Shown here: piece by piece, positions 46,081 through 56,237 of the stretch | How the letters are laid out: every line of letters starts with the position of its first letter | How positions within the stretch are numbered: the first letter of the stretch is position 1 | From: Oligoflexia bacterium | GTDB taxonomy: Bacteria; Bdellovibrionota; UBA1018 | DNA length: 64,000 nt | Assembly (NCBI GenBank): GCA_963758495.1 | Contig: CAVWVI010000004.1 | Span: 704,001 to 768,000 of the forward strand | Direction of reading: 5' to 3' | Notes under the pieces: model-generated | The model's input: the letters and a program-made list of their open reading frames with translations, nothing else | Told to the model about the DNA's origin: nothing | Database searches by the model: none | Translations under genes and position numbers: made by a program

Positions 46081-47889
46081 CGAAACACTCGACTGATACC
46101 GATAGAGCCTGGCATACAATCCATTTTGGTGGAGCAGAGACTCATGATTACCACTTTCAATAATACTACCTTTATTTAAAACAATAATTCGATCTGCAGA
46201 CTGAATGGTGGCTAAACGATGGGCAATGAGTAAACTCGTTTTATTGGAAGAAGCAACATCTAGACAACGCTGTAACGCACGTTCCGTCACCAAATCCATA
46301 TTTGCAGTGGCTTCATCAAGAATCCATATCTGTGGATTTTTGGAAAATGCACGAGCAAAAGCTATGCTTTGGCGCTCACCCATTGAAAAATTAGAACCTC
46401 TCTCTTGTAATAAAGTATGTTGAGGATATTGAAACCCTATGGAATTCAGGAAGTCTTTCGTTTTGTCTAAATTAATATTTTTCCAAAAAGTGACATTTTC
46501 TTCAAATGATCCTGAAAAAATAAAAACCTCTTGCTGAACAATCCCAATCGATGATCGCAGAGAACGTTTGTCATAGTGTTTTAAATCTTTACCATCTACA
46601 AGAATTCGTCCACGTTGCGGTTCGTAAAATCTCATTAATAAACTAATGAGCGTGCTCTTGCCCGCTCCCGTATGACCTACCACTCCAATCCGTTCGCCCG
46701 CTTTAATTTCTAACGAAAAGTCGCGTAAGATCCAATTTTCATCTTCATAAGCAAACCATACGTTTTCAAAAACAATTTCTCCTCTTAAATCTGGGAGCCC
46801 TTGAGATGAAATCAGTGCCGTGTTTTCCTCAAGTTCAGTCTCCCAAGTCAAAATGGAAAAAATCCTCTCTGCAGAAGCCATTCCAGATAGAAAGATATTC
46901 CATTTATCTGCTATTTCCCTCACTGGCTGGAAAAGGGATAAAATATATGAAAAATAGGCGACAAGAACTCCTAACTTTAAACTCCCCCTCAGCGCCTCTT
47001 GTCCGCCAAAGCCAATGACACAGGCTACAGAAATACCGGCAGCTAGCGTAATTGCAGGCTGAAACAAAGCAAACACTCGCGTAGAAGATAATTGAGCATC
47101 AGCATACCATTGATTGAATCGATCAAATTGTTTCATATGCAATTTCTGTCGATTAAATAAACAAACTATTTTCATCCCCGATAAATTCTCAGCCAAAAAA
47201 GAATTGAGCGCCGAAAGTTTACTCCGTGTATCGCGATAAGAAATGCTCAATTGTTTGCTGAAATAAATAGAAATCAGAATTAGAACTGGAAACACACTGG
47301 ATGCAATCAGTGCAAGCCTCAGATCGAGAATCATAAGCCAGACCAATATTCCAAGAACTAAAAGAACATTGCAAAGCATGGATAGGAATCCGGCAGAGAA
47401 CATCTCATTAACAGCGGCTATGTCATTCGTTACCCGAGTCATCAGACGCCCAGCTGGATTTTTATCGAAAACCTGCACCGACATTCTTTGTAAATGCGAG
47501 AAAAGCATGAGACGTAAATCTTGGGTTACGCGTTGGCCGAGAAGTTCAAAAAAATAACCTTGCTGGCTTGCTGAAACTGTACGAACAATCGTAAGAAACA
47601 GGAAAAATGAGGTGATTGATTTTAAAAGGTCCCACCTTTTTGGAATAATTGCCTCATCAATTGCATATCCTAATACTCGCGGCTCTAGAAGAGTGGCAAA
47701 CGTTCCAAATACAATCATTGTAACACCCATAATCAGCGGCCATCGATGCTTTAACATCAAAGACAAAAGCGGCATAAAAGTATGGGGTCGAACTTTCTTA
47801 CGTTCTCGTTCTTCAATGTCTAAATGTGATTCCAACCCAATTGAATTACCCATTGAATTACCCATTGAATTAGAAGAGGTGGTGCTCAT
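46066..47889 (-). CDS. Heterodimeric ABC exporter subunit (MdlB-like)
   Basis: GRLMTRVTND, GHTGAGKST, FSMGERQ, ILDEATA; 12-bp repeat encoding NSMG-NSMG-NSIG at the N-terminus. Confidence 0.9.
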   Translation of the reverse strand: MSTTSSNSMGNSMGNSIGLESHLDIEERERKKVRPHTFMPLLSLMLKHRWPLIMGVTMIVFGTFATLLEPRVLGYAIDEAIIPKRWDLLKSITSFFLFLTIVRTVSASQQGYFFELLGQRVTQDLRLMLFSHLQRMSVQVFDKNPAGRLMTRVTNDIAAVNEMFSAGFLSMLCNVLLVLGILVWLMILDLRLALIASSVFPVLILISIYFSKQLSISYRDTRSKLSALNSFLAENLSGMKIVCLFNRQKLHMKQFDRFNQWYADAQLSSTRVFALFQPAITLAAGISVACVIGFGGQEALRGSLKLGVLVAYFSYILSLFQPVREIADKWNIFLSGMASAERIFSILTWETELEENTALISSQGLPDLRGEIVFENVWFAYEDENWILRDFSLEIKAGERIGVVGHTGAGKSTLISLLMRFYEPQRGRILVDGKDLKHYDKRSLRSSIGIVQQEVFIFSGSFEENVTFWKNINLDKTKDFLNSIGFQYPQHTLLQERGSNFSMGERQSIAFARAFSKNPQIWILDEATANMDLVTERALQRCLDVASSNKTSLLIAHRLATIQSADRIIVLNKGSIIESGNHESLLHQNGLYARLYRYQSSVSLLGQ

Positions 47890-49696
47890 TTTGGTAATTT
47901 TCCAGATCTTCTTTTAACTGTTGTTGTTCAAAAAATTTACTATACAGCCCACTTTTCTCCCTCAATAATTGTGTGTGAGTACCCATTTGAATTATTTTTC
48001 CAGCATCTAAAACGACAATGCGATTCGCATTCTGAACAGTAGATACTCGATGGGCAGCAATAATCTCCGTATTTCTATCTGGCCGCGAGCAAAGTCCTTG
48101 AAGAATTTTGTTCTCAGTCTGCACATCCACTGATGAAAGCGCGTCATCTAAAATCAATATAGAAGGCTTCTTCGCCAAAGCACGAGCGAGAGTCAATCTT
48201 TGCCTCTGCCCTCCAGAAAGATTAACGCCCCGTTCTCCTAATTGCGTTCGATAATTAGAACTTAACCCCAATATTTCTTCATGAATGGAAGCTACCTCAG
48301 CTGCTTCCTGAATGGGCACGAATGCATGAGCCCGCCCAATCCATTCATGGAGGCCAAAAGCTACATTCTCCATAATCGTTTCACTGAAAAGAAAAACCTC
48401 CTGACTCACGTACCCCATTTGTCGACGGAGCTCCTCAAGTGACCAATCATTGATATCAACTCCATCAATGAATAACATCTCTCGGCCAACCGGATAGAGT
48501 CTTGGAAGTAAAGAAAGAATAGCGGATTTTCCAGCTCCGATCTTACCTACAAAAGCAATTCGCTCACCTGGCTCAATCACTAAATTAACCTGCTCCAAAA
48601 TAGGACGAGTGGACCCTGGAAAAGAAAAAGTCAGATTTCTAAATTCAACTCTCCCTTCCTTTTTGGCAGGTGAGATCGCCTGAAAAGGCTCTGGAATATC
48701 GGTTCTCACTGAAAAAATTTCTTTCAAGCGATTTGAACTTGAGACTGCACGTTGGAAATAATTGATAGCCATACCCAATGCAGCCATAGGCCAAACCATT
48801 TTTTGAATATACCGCTGAAAAGCTACGAAAACGCCTAAGCTAATGGCTTCACCTTCCGACCTAATAATGGACCCACCACCCCAATAGAGTAAAATAACCA
48901 TTCCAATACTCATGCTAAAATCCATTGTGGGACCCATTGCACTTTGGACTCGCGCTAAACTGAGATTCAATCGCATATATTCTTCGCCCACTTCACGCAT
49001 GCGATGGATTTGAGTATCTTCATGAGCAAAGGCCTTAGTCACTCGAATACCGTTCAGACTCTCCTGAGTCATGGCCGATATCTTACCAAAACACTCTTGC
49101 ACTTCCTCAAAACGCTGATGAACTTTCTTCTCATTCTTCATGACTATGAAAGGAATCAAAGGGAGTGGTAAACAGGCGAGGAATGTCAATCGAGGAGAAA
49201 GCATGAACATGGCAACTGGAACTGTCAGTAAATAAATAATGGCATCTGCAAAAACCAAAAGACCGGTCCCAATTGCCATTCGGACTGCTTCAACATCACT
49301 TGTCGCCAAGGACATGAGGTCACCCATTCGGTGTCGGTCAAAAAAACTAGGAGAAAGTTCAAACAAATGCCGAGCGTAGCTTCCTCTTAAATCTCTACCT
49401 GCATAGACACTCGAACGTATTAAATACATCCTCCAACCATATCTGCAGATTGCTTGAGCTAAAGCTGTCGCTAAATAAGCAAGAACCACCCAAAGAAGGA
49501 GACGAACCGGCTGTCGATCTACGGTAATATCCACCGCTCTTTTTAAATAAAGAGGGGGAAGAATTTCTAATAGATCTACAACCAATAATGCAAAAAGGCC
49601 TATTCCAACCCACCGCCTGTACTTCCAAAGATAATAGCGAATGAATGACGTTTCTTCTAAAAATCGGTTTGGCCTCTTTTTAGAGCCTCTAAGCAT
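47870..49696 (-). CDS. Heterodimeric ABC exporter subunit (MdlA-like)
   Basis: GDLMSLATSDVEAVR, WPMAALG, GKIGAGKS, LSGGQRQR, LDDALSSVD. Confidence 0.9.
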   Translation of the reverse strand: MLRGSKKRPNRFLEETSFIRYYLWKYRRWVGIGLFALLVVDLLEILPPLYLKRAVDITVDRQPVRLLLWVVLAYLATALAQAICRYGWRMYLIRSSVYAGRDLRGSYARHLFELSPSFFDRHRMGDLMSLATSDVEAVRMAIGTGLLVFADAIIYLLTVPVAMFMLSPRLTFLACLPLPLIPFIVMKNEKKVHQRFEEVQECFGKISAMTQESLNGIRVTKAFAHEDTQIHRMREVGEEYMRLNLSLARVQSAMGPTMDFSMSIGMVILLYWGGGSIIRSEGEAISLGVFVAFQRYIQKMVWPMAALGMAINYFQRAVSSSNRLKEIFSVRTDIPEPFQAISPAKKEGRVEFRNLTFSFPGSTRPILEQVNLVIEPGERIAFVGKIGAGKSAILSLLPRLYPVGREMLFIDGVDINDWSLEELRRQMGYVSQEVFLFSETIMENVAFGLHEWIGRAHAFVPIQEAAEVASIHEEILGLSSNYRTQLGERGVNLSGGQRQRLTLARALAKKPSILILDDALSSVDVQTENKILQGLCSRPDRNTEIIAAHRVSTVQNANRIVVLDAGKIIQMGTHTQLLREKSGLYSKFFEQQQLKEDLENYQNEHHLF

Positions 49697-50658
49697 CGGT
49701 GGAAATCCCCTGGTATTGAACTTTGGATAGAAATTCTATTTTTATGGATTGGATGGGGGAAAGTCAAGTTGGCAGCATGCAACATCAGACGAGGAATCTT
49801 TAAATGACCGACTTGACTCCTCCCTCCATAAGTCAAGTCGCCTAGAATCGGCAAACTATGCCCAGAAAGGTGAACTCGAATCTGATGGGTACGACCCGTT
49901 CGAGGTTGAGCTTCTATCAGAAGGACTTGTTTCATTTTTTCTAAGATTTTGAAATCTGTATGAGCAAAGTCTCCTCCTGATCGCACAGAACAGTACTTCG
50001 ACCTTTTCCCTTCTGTCTTAGAACGTGCCAAGTAATTCTTAACATGCCATTGATCGGGCAGAGTACTCGAAGCATTTTTTGAGGCTTCGAAGGCACTCAG
50101 GGCTAGGTAAGTTTTTACCGCCAGATGAGAAGCAAAAAGCTCTGCCACTCCAGGGTTTGCTTCCTGGGACTTCGTAAAAAGAATCACCCCTGAAGTATCC
50201 CGATCTAATCGATGATGTAATCCCAAATAGGAAGTAGGGGAATGACCCTCTCTATTTTTGAGAAATTTTTTGACAGCAGCAAATAGATTATCTCTAGCCT
50301 CATCGAGTGTGGGCTGGGTGGGCAAACCAGGAGGCTTATCTACCGCTATCAGATAGGGATCTTCGAAAAGAATGCGATCCTCAGTCATCGTAAAGGGAAT
50401 ATCAGAAGCTTTAGCTTCTGAATTTAACTTCTGTAAGTCAACGAACACCTCAATACGCACATTGACCAATAACTCCTTTGAAGCGATACGGACTCTTTTA
50501 CCATTTAAATAAACAGCCCCGGCCACTACCAGCTTCCTGACTTTTCCTTTCGAAATAGGCTGATTTAAAGCGATAGGAAGCCATTCTGCCAGGACATGGT
50601 CCAGTCTACGATTGAAATGCTGCTGTGTGGTTACTAAACTCAATTTTTTAGGTGGCAT
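49657..50658 (-). CDS. RluA/RluD-family pseudouridine synthase with S4 domain
   Basis: RLDHVL, VDKPPGL, HRLDRDTSG, TGRTHQIRVH, LMLHA. Confidence 0.93.
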   Translation of the reverse strand: MPPKKLSLVTTQQHFNRRLDHVLAEWLPIALNQPISKGKVRKLVVAGAVYLNGKRVRIASKELLVNVRIEVFVDLQKLNSEAKASDIPFTMTEDRILFEDPYLIAVDKPPGLPTQPTLDEARDNLFAAVKKFLKNREGHSPTSYLGLHHRLDRDTSGVILFTKSQEANPGVAELFASHLAVKTYLALSAFEASKNASSTLPDQWHVKNYLARSKTEGKRSKYCSVRSGGDFAHTDFKILEKMKQVLLIEAQPRTGRTHQIRVHLSGHSLPILGDLTYGGRSQVGHLKIPRLMLHAANLTFPHPIHKNRISIQSSIPGDFHRCLEALKRGQTDF

Positions 50659-50685
50659 ATAGGTTTATAGTGCTAAACTAATCAC

Positions 50686-51963
50686 ATGGCGCAAAATTCG
50701 GAAACTCCGAAATTTCCGGCACCCATTCCAAACCCCCTGAAAGAGCGTCAGGCGCTTGGCAGGGAGGACAAAATTAAGGAAAATCAGGGCAACAAACAGG
50801 GCAACGACCAGGGCCACGAAGAAGACAAGACCGATCCAAATTTGGTTTTACCTCAAAAGGCGGAGGCGATCGCCACAAAACCACGGCCAGTTAAGCTCCC
50901 TATTCGCATGCCTGAAATGGGTCCTCTCGATATCTACATGAAAGATCCGGCAGTCACAGAGATCATGATCAACGACCTGAGAAATGTGATTCTGGAAAAA
51001 AATGGAAGACTTATTACCTCAGAATTCTCCTACTCCGCAATTGACGAACTCAACCGGCTCACACGAAATATTTTAGATATTACCGGCAGAATCCTGAGCC
51101 CAGATTCACCCTATGTGGATGTCATGCTACCCGATGGTTCTCGCATCAATATTGTCGGTCCACCTTTAACCATTTCAGGCCCTTGCATCACCATTCGAAA
51201 GTCCCCCTCCAAGCGATATTCTATCCAAGACCTCATGAATGCTGAGACCCTGGACCAAAGGATTGCTTACTTTCTCAATGTTTGTGTCGTAGCTCGATTG
51301 AATCTCCTGATTTGTGGTGGCACAGGCAGTGGGAAAACAACCGTGCTCAATGCATTGGCAGCCCTTATTCCCCAAGATGAACGAATTATCACGATTGAAG
51401 ATACGCCCGAACTGGTTATTTCTCATCCCAACAGCGTCAGCTTACAAACAAAACCGCAGACTCCTGCCTCAAATCCTGTCACCACCCGAGAACTCATTGC
51501 TAATTCGCTCAGAATGAGACCCGATCGAATTATCGTTGGAGAATGCAGACGTTCGGAGGCATTTGATATGCTTCAAGCCATGAATACGGGCCACTCAGGC
51601 TCGATGACCACTCTCCACGCAAACTCCCCCCGAGATGGATTATCCAGAGTCGAAACTCTTTCCATGCTCGCCGGAGTGGACCTCCCTCTGATTGCTATTC
51701 GAAAACAAATGACAAGCGCTTTGGACCTCATTATCCAAATTAAGAGATTTAGAAACGGAAAACGGCGCATCACCCAAATTAGCGAAGTAACAGGCATTGA
51801 AGGGGATACGATTACGCTACAAGATATTTTTGTTTTTGAATTGAACTCCAGTAGTCCTGAACAACAGACAGCCGGAGTATTTAAAGCTACGGGGTTCGTG
51901 CCCACCTTTATGGATCGACTCAAAGAACAAGGTATTAAATTCCCACCTCATTATTTTGGATAA
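50686..51963 (+). CDS. cpaF: CpaF/TadA-family pilus assembly ATPase
   Basis: DPAVTEIMIN, GGTGSGKTT, TIEDTPEL, LRMRPDRIIVGECR, AMNTGHSGSMTTLHANS. Confidence 0.92.
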   Translation: MAQNSETPKFPAPIPNPLKERQALGREDKIKENQGNKQGNDQGHEEDKTDPNLVLPQKAEAIATKPRPVKLPIRMPEMGPLDIYMKDPAVTEIMINDLRNVILEKNGRLITSEFSYSAIDELNRLTRNILDITGRILSPDSPYVDVMLPDGSRINIVGPPLTISGPCITIRKSPSKRYSIQDLMNAETLDQRIAYFLNVCVVARLNLLICGGTGSGKTTVLNALAALIPQDERIITIEDTPELVISHPNSVSLQTKPQTPASNPVTTRELIANSLRMRPDRIIVGECRRSEAFDMLQAMNTGHSGSMTTLHANSPRDGLSRVETLSMLAGVDLPLIAIRKQMTSALDLIIQIKRFRNGKRRITQISEVTGIEGDTITLQDIFVFELNSSSPEQQTAGVFKATGFVPTFMDRLKEQGIKFPPHYFG

Positions 51964-52053
51964 ATTAATTAAGCAGAGTGATTCCGCACGAACAACTTTT
52001 GCGAAGAGAGTCTTTTATAAGTATAAAATATATACTTATATTGAGTCGAGAGC

Positions 52054-52139
52054 CTCAGCCCACCTAAAGCCTGAAATAAAGCACCGACCTACTCATTAGG
52101 TAGTCCACGAGCTTCATATAATCGGCTGCTGAACTGGAG
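52054..52139 (-). ncRNA. Orphan long irregular hairpin, possible structured RNA
   Basis: Nested pairings CAGTTCA/TGGGCTG, AGCC/GGCT, internal loop GATTATAT/ATTTCA, GAAGC/GCTTT, GAC-TAC/GTA-GTC. Confidence 0.4.
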
Positions 52140-52173
52140 CACCGATCAGAGATCCAAAATTTTATTAACCTTT

Positions 52174-53025
52174 TCACTGTTTTTGCTTATCAGCTTCATT
52201 CAAGACGCGATGAAGTCGATTTAAAATCTCCCACTTCACTCTGTCCTCACTGCTATCTAATACAAATTTATAGTGAAAGGGTTCATCCACCTTATTCCTC
52301 AACGAAACCCCAAAATCCACATTCCGCTGAATCATATGAGTCACCCACTTAGAGTACCAAAGAGCAAGCTTCTCACGGTATTCACTTTTAACTTCCACCA
52401 CCTTTAAAGCTTCCTCCCCGATCAGCCGCTTTAGGGTAAAAACTGAACTCCCAATAAACTGTTTAGAGTAGTTACTAGCAAGTATGGGGGAAAGATTGGC
52501 GCTAGGCTGAGGGAGCTCCTTTTCTAATAAAGCCAGCTCCTCACCAAAAATACGTAAAGCTTCTACAGACGCTCCTGGACTGGCTACTTCCATTTTTCGA
52601 TAATCTGCTGAATGAATCAGTCCATTATAAACCCCCTCCAATGAAGCTCCTTGATTCAAAGTATCCACCCAATTTCCAAAGTCAGCGCGATCTTTGGGTT
52701 CACGAATAAAAACTACTTGGAAAATTTCATGAAGAATTTCAGCATTTGCCTTAGCGTTTTTAGCCGCATTAGAAATAAATTCTTCATCTGATTGAGGCTT
52801 CGGAGTGTCTGTTTGCGCACTTTTAGGATCGGGACTCTTTTTTGCCTCTGGCTCATTCATCTGCGCCCACAAGACATTCCCTAGTTTTTGCAACCAAGTC
52901 CAATAGTGATTCACTTCAGGAGGTAAGGCATCACAAGCGCTGAATACGAAGAGACTGAAAAAAAGAACCGTTTTAACTCCAAATGTCAGACTGCGCGATT
53001 GATATTTCTGCAATTGCCCCCTCAC
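52174..53025 (-). CDS. Hypothetical lipoprotein
   Basis: Lipobox-like FSAC after a hydrophobic stretch. Confidence 0.65.
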   Translation of the reverse strand: MRGQLQKYQSRSLTFGVKTVLFFSLFVFSACDALPPEVNHYWTWLQKLGNVLWAQMNEPEAKKSPDPKSAQTDTPKPQSDEEFISNAAKNAKANAEILHEIFQVVFIREPKDRADFGNWVDTLNQGASLEGVYNGLIHSADYRKMEVASPGASVEALRIFGEELALLEKELPQPSANLSPILASNYSKQFIGSSVFTLKRLIGEEALKVVEVKSEYREKLALWYSKWVTHMIQRNVDFGVSLRNKVDEPFHYKFVLDSSEDRVKWEILNRLHRVLNEADKQKQ

Positions 53026-55379
53026 TTTCGTATATTTTTATATTCAAGCATAGCAGACAACCCTGCTCCAAAAAAATAAAGATAAACAACTCCCACCATG
53101 CATATAAAAAAGAGTAACCATCCTCCTATAACAAGATGAGCAGGTGGGTCCAGCTCCACTCGTAAATGAATTTTTGTTACGCCCTTAGGAACCCAGATCC
53201 CAGTTAATGCCCCATAGCTAGGAAAAACTTTCAGCGGTGAAGATTGAGAAGAAAAATCATGGGTAGACGCTCTCATATGATTTGCATAATTCATCGATAA
53301 AGTAAGAGGACAATCTGCCTGATTATCGACTTCAATTTCAAAGTCTTGCTTTGTAGAACCTTCCCTCATTTCCTTCACTTTTGAATTTTTGCAGATCGGA
53401 TTTACCGACTCCCTAAGATCTGCATTCATTACCGCTAAATCATTTTGAATCGTTAACGCCGCTTCCCCCATTTTTTCAGTACTATTACGATAAAGTCTCA
53501 ATAGGTACCCCAACTCATCAAATGACCGAACAAACGTAATACCAGAAGAAAACCACCCAGAACCTAACGTGAGCGGTAGATTTTTTATTTTAATATTACG
53601 ATTAGAATCCAATGAAATTACATACTGAACATTATAAATCTTTTGAAGGATATCGAATATATTCTTCAAAGGTTCATCAAAATGAATGACCGTTGCCTGG
53701 TAGTCCATTTGATTGAGAGCCTGGACAAGACGAGAATATCGCTCAAGAGGGAAAAAATATCCGTTCGGAATCGAAAAATCCAAAAATCGTCCAATGTTGA
53801 TATCATAGACAGGACTTACCCAATCTAGCTTTGCGCGAACAAATGGAGATTTCAGATCCGGAGCGTTTTGCAGAATTTCCTCTCTCAACCGCTCTCCCTG
53901 TGAATTGAAAACGTTCATCTCAATCAGTGGAAAATATCTCTCCTTAAAGGCAAAAATACTTCCGAGACCTAAAATAAGGAATAAAAAAACCGCCTTATGC
54001 CTGTTCCACTTTCCTGCTCTATTTTCATAGACAAACCAACCGCAACTTCCCCAAAGGATCACCTCCCTCACACCTGAAGGGACTCCAAAGAAAATCAGCA
54101 ATAGGAATAAAGAAAGGGAAAGAATTAAAATGACTCCTCTAAAATGAAATTGCCGTTTTAGCTCTCTCCACGTAAATGAAGCACTTTCTCGATGAGAAAT
54201 TAAAAAGGGAATCACACAAACAGGAAGAAGCAAAGTAAATGGCAAAACCGCTCGGGTAGGAACACGAAAAGATTTAAGGAAAGGAATCAAAGTAAGAAAC
54301 ACATCTGATATGGGGAAGACATTCATGCTAAAAAGCCAAGCTGCTACAAAACTGACACAGAGTCCAATGACCATTGAAAGCTGCGTTCTTGAAACTGCTA
54401 AAAACAAAAGAGCTAAAAAAGGTCCCCAGGGATAGTTGACCTCATGCCAAAATTGACCATCTCGATCTGACGGTATCACTGTCCTACTCCACGTAATCGA
54501 AGAAAACAAATCATTCCATGATCCGGTTAAATAAGAAAAAGTCACTTCCGAACCCTTTAGTCCCCTCGCCCCATCTCCGTTGAAAGCATGCCCCACTAAA
54601 AGAGAAAAAATATCCAGCGATAATCCAAAGGCCGCTAATACAATCAAAACGACAAAAAGAGCGGATTTCTTGGATAAATTCTTAGATAAAGGCTCACTAT
54701 AAAGAATGCCTATAAAAATGGGAAAACCAAAGATCACCCCATAAATAATCGGTTGCTGGAGAGTTGTATGAAAACACTCAAAACAAACGAGGAAAAAAAG
54801 CACACTATTTGTCAAACTTTGAGTCTGAGTCACTCCTGCCAAATAAACACTCATGGCTCCTATCGAAAAAAGCGTGCCCATCAGCATTCCCCAATGGCCA
54901 TTTGAAAATTTCCACGCCAGAACTGGAGCAAATGCAAAGATCCAAACTAAAGCTAACGTCAACAAATAAGAACGAACTAATCGACTTTGATTTTTGATAA
55001 AATAAATACTCTGAATGAGTCGAATACAAAGATAAGAATAGATAGCCTGAGAAAGCCATATTGCCAGATTAAGAATCATGACTGGAGAACAATTGAGTTT
55101 AGCTCCCAGCGCATATAACCCAGGCAACCCTGCGGCTTCAAATAACTTCACCCCCCCTAACCAATCCTGCCGATAGATCAGGTGTTTCCAATTTCCTGAA
55201 GCTTTAATGATTTCTAAAATATAGACAAAATCGATACTTAAGCCATCCAGGTAACTCAGAATTTTTCCAGGCGCCCAAGAGAAAAACACCACCCATGTCA
55301 ACACGATGATGCAAAAGCAGGTAAAGAATAAGCCTATGTCTTTTATTTCATTTTTCCATCGACTGGGAGATTCAATCAT
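53022..55379 (-). CDS. Multi-pass membrane protein, YfhO/GT-C-like
   Basis: Many TM helices, HE...WG, FRVPTR, C-terminal soluble domain plus terminal TM. Confidence 0.65.
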   Translation of the reverse strand: MIESPSRWKNEIKDIGLFFTCFCIIVLTWVVFFSWAPGKILSYLDGLSIDFVYILEIIKASGNWKHLIYRQDWLGGVKLFEAAGLPGLYALGAKLNCSPVMILNLAIWLSQAIYSYLCIRLIQSIYFIKNQSRLVRSYLLTLALVWIFAFAPVLAWKFSNGHWGMLMGTLFSIGAMSVYLAGVTQTQSLTNSVLFFLVCFECFHTTLQQPIIYGVIFGFPIFIGILYSEPLSKNLSKKSALFVVLIVLAAFGLSLDIFSLLVGHAFNGDGARGLKGSEVTFSYLTGSWNDLFSSITWSRTVIPSDRDGQFWHEVNYPWGPFLALLFLAVSRTQLSMVIGLCVSFVAAWLFSMNVFPISDVFLTLIPFLKSFRVPTRAVLPFTLLLPVCVIPFLISHRESASFTWRELKRQFHFRGVILILSLSLFLLLIFFGVPSGVREVILWGSCGWFVYENRAGKWNRHKAVFLFLILGLGSIFAFKERYFPLIEMNVFNSQGERLREEILQNAPDLKSPFVRAKLDWVSPVYDINIGRFLDFSIPNGYFFPLERYSRLVQALNQMDYQATVIHFDEPLKNIFDILQKIYNVQYVISLDSNRNIKIKNLPLTLGSGWFSSGITFVRSFDELGYLLRLYRNSTEKMGEAALTIQNDLAVMNADLRESVNPICKNSKVKEMREGSTKQDFEIEVDNQADCPLTLSMNYANHMRASTHDFSSQSSPLKVFPSYGALTGIWVPKGVTKIHLRVELDPPAHLVIGGWLLFFICMVGVVYLYFFGAGLSAMLEYKNIRK

Positions 55380-55532
55380 ACTCCCTATGGTAAATTGCTT
55401 TATTAGAAAACAGAATGAATTCTATAACCGTTGAAATTATTGGAGAATTTTTACCACCCCTCTTATTTAATGAATGAATCCCCCAGTCATTTAACCAACC
55501 GGACGACGGGGAATGACATAGCTCATTCACTC

Positions 55533-55561
55533 TTGAAAAATAGTATCATTATTGATATTAT
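55533..55561 (+). promoter_or_regulatory. hicAB promoter with overlapping palindromic operator
   Basis: TTGAAA-N17-TATTAT, 7 nt before ATG 55569; ATAGTATCA-TTAT-TGATATTAT inverted repeat. Confidence 0.7.
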
Positions 55562-55568
55562 AGATTTA

Positions 55569-55844
55569 ATGGCAGCTACCGACAAGATTCTATGGCAAAT
55601 GAGGGAGAGCCCAAAAAATGTGAGGTTTGATGACCTCTCCAGAGTTTGTCGGAAATATTTTGGAGAACCTAGACAAAATGGAACAAGTCATCGAATTTAT
55701 AAAACCCCTTGGGCCGGAGATCCCAGGGTCAATATTCAAAAAGGTGACAGTGGCAAAGCCAAACATTATCAAGTCCAACAAGTCGTAGAAGCAATCGACA
55801 GACTAGAAGCAGAAAAGAAGAAGCATGAAAGGGAAGGTAAGTGA
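55569..55844 (+). CDS. hicA: HicA-family toxin
   Basis: PKNVRFDDL, GTSHRIYKTPW.GDPRVNIQ, AKHYQVQQV. Confidence 0.9.
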   Translation: MAATDKILWQMRESPKNVRFDDLSRVCRKYFGEPRQNGTSHRIYKTPWAGDPRVNIQKGDSGKAKHYQVQQVVEAIDRLEAEKKKHEREGK

Positions 55845-56176
55845 CTATGAATATTGCAAAAAAATATACTTATCGAGTCAGCTGGTCTGAAGAAGATCAA
55901 GAATACGTGGGCTTATGCGCGGAGTTTCCTAGTTTGAGCTGGCTTGCAAAAACTCAAGAAAAAGCTCTCAGCGGAATTTCGAATCTTGTTGAAGATGTCC
56001 TCAAGGATCTGATGACCCACACAGAAGAAATCCCGGAGCCGCTCTCTTTAAAAAAATATAGTGGAAAATTTCAAGTTCGCATTCCTCCTCAAATCCATAG
56101 AAAACTTGATATTGAGGCGCATGAATCCCACATCAGTCTCAATAGATTAATCAGTGCCAAATTGGCTAATGGGTAA
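55841..56176 (+). CDS. hicB: HicB-family antitoxin
   Basis: YTYRVSWSEEDQEYVGLCAEFPSLSW, YSGKFQVRIPP.IH, SLN. Confidence 0.92.
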   Translation: MTMNIAKKYTYRVSWSEEDQEYVGLCAEFPSLSWLAKTQEKALSGISNLVEDVLKDLMTHTEEIPEPLSLKKYSGKFQVRIPPQIHRKLDIEAHESHISLNRLISAKLANG

Positions 56177-56237
56177 ATATGCTATTGAGGCTCAGCGGTT
56201 TTCCACATAGTTATGCACATTAAACATAATAATAGTC

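Noticed and set aside
47837..47872. 12-bp tandem repeat as a phase-variation switch
   Set aside because: Unit is a multiple of 3, so copy-number change would not shift the frame.
55431..55568. N-terminal extension of HicA
   Set aside because: Contains the promoter/operator; family similarity starts at ATG 55569.
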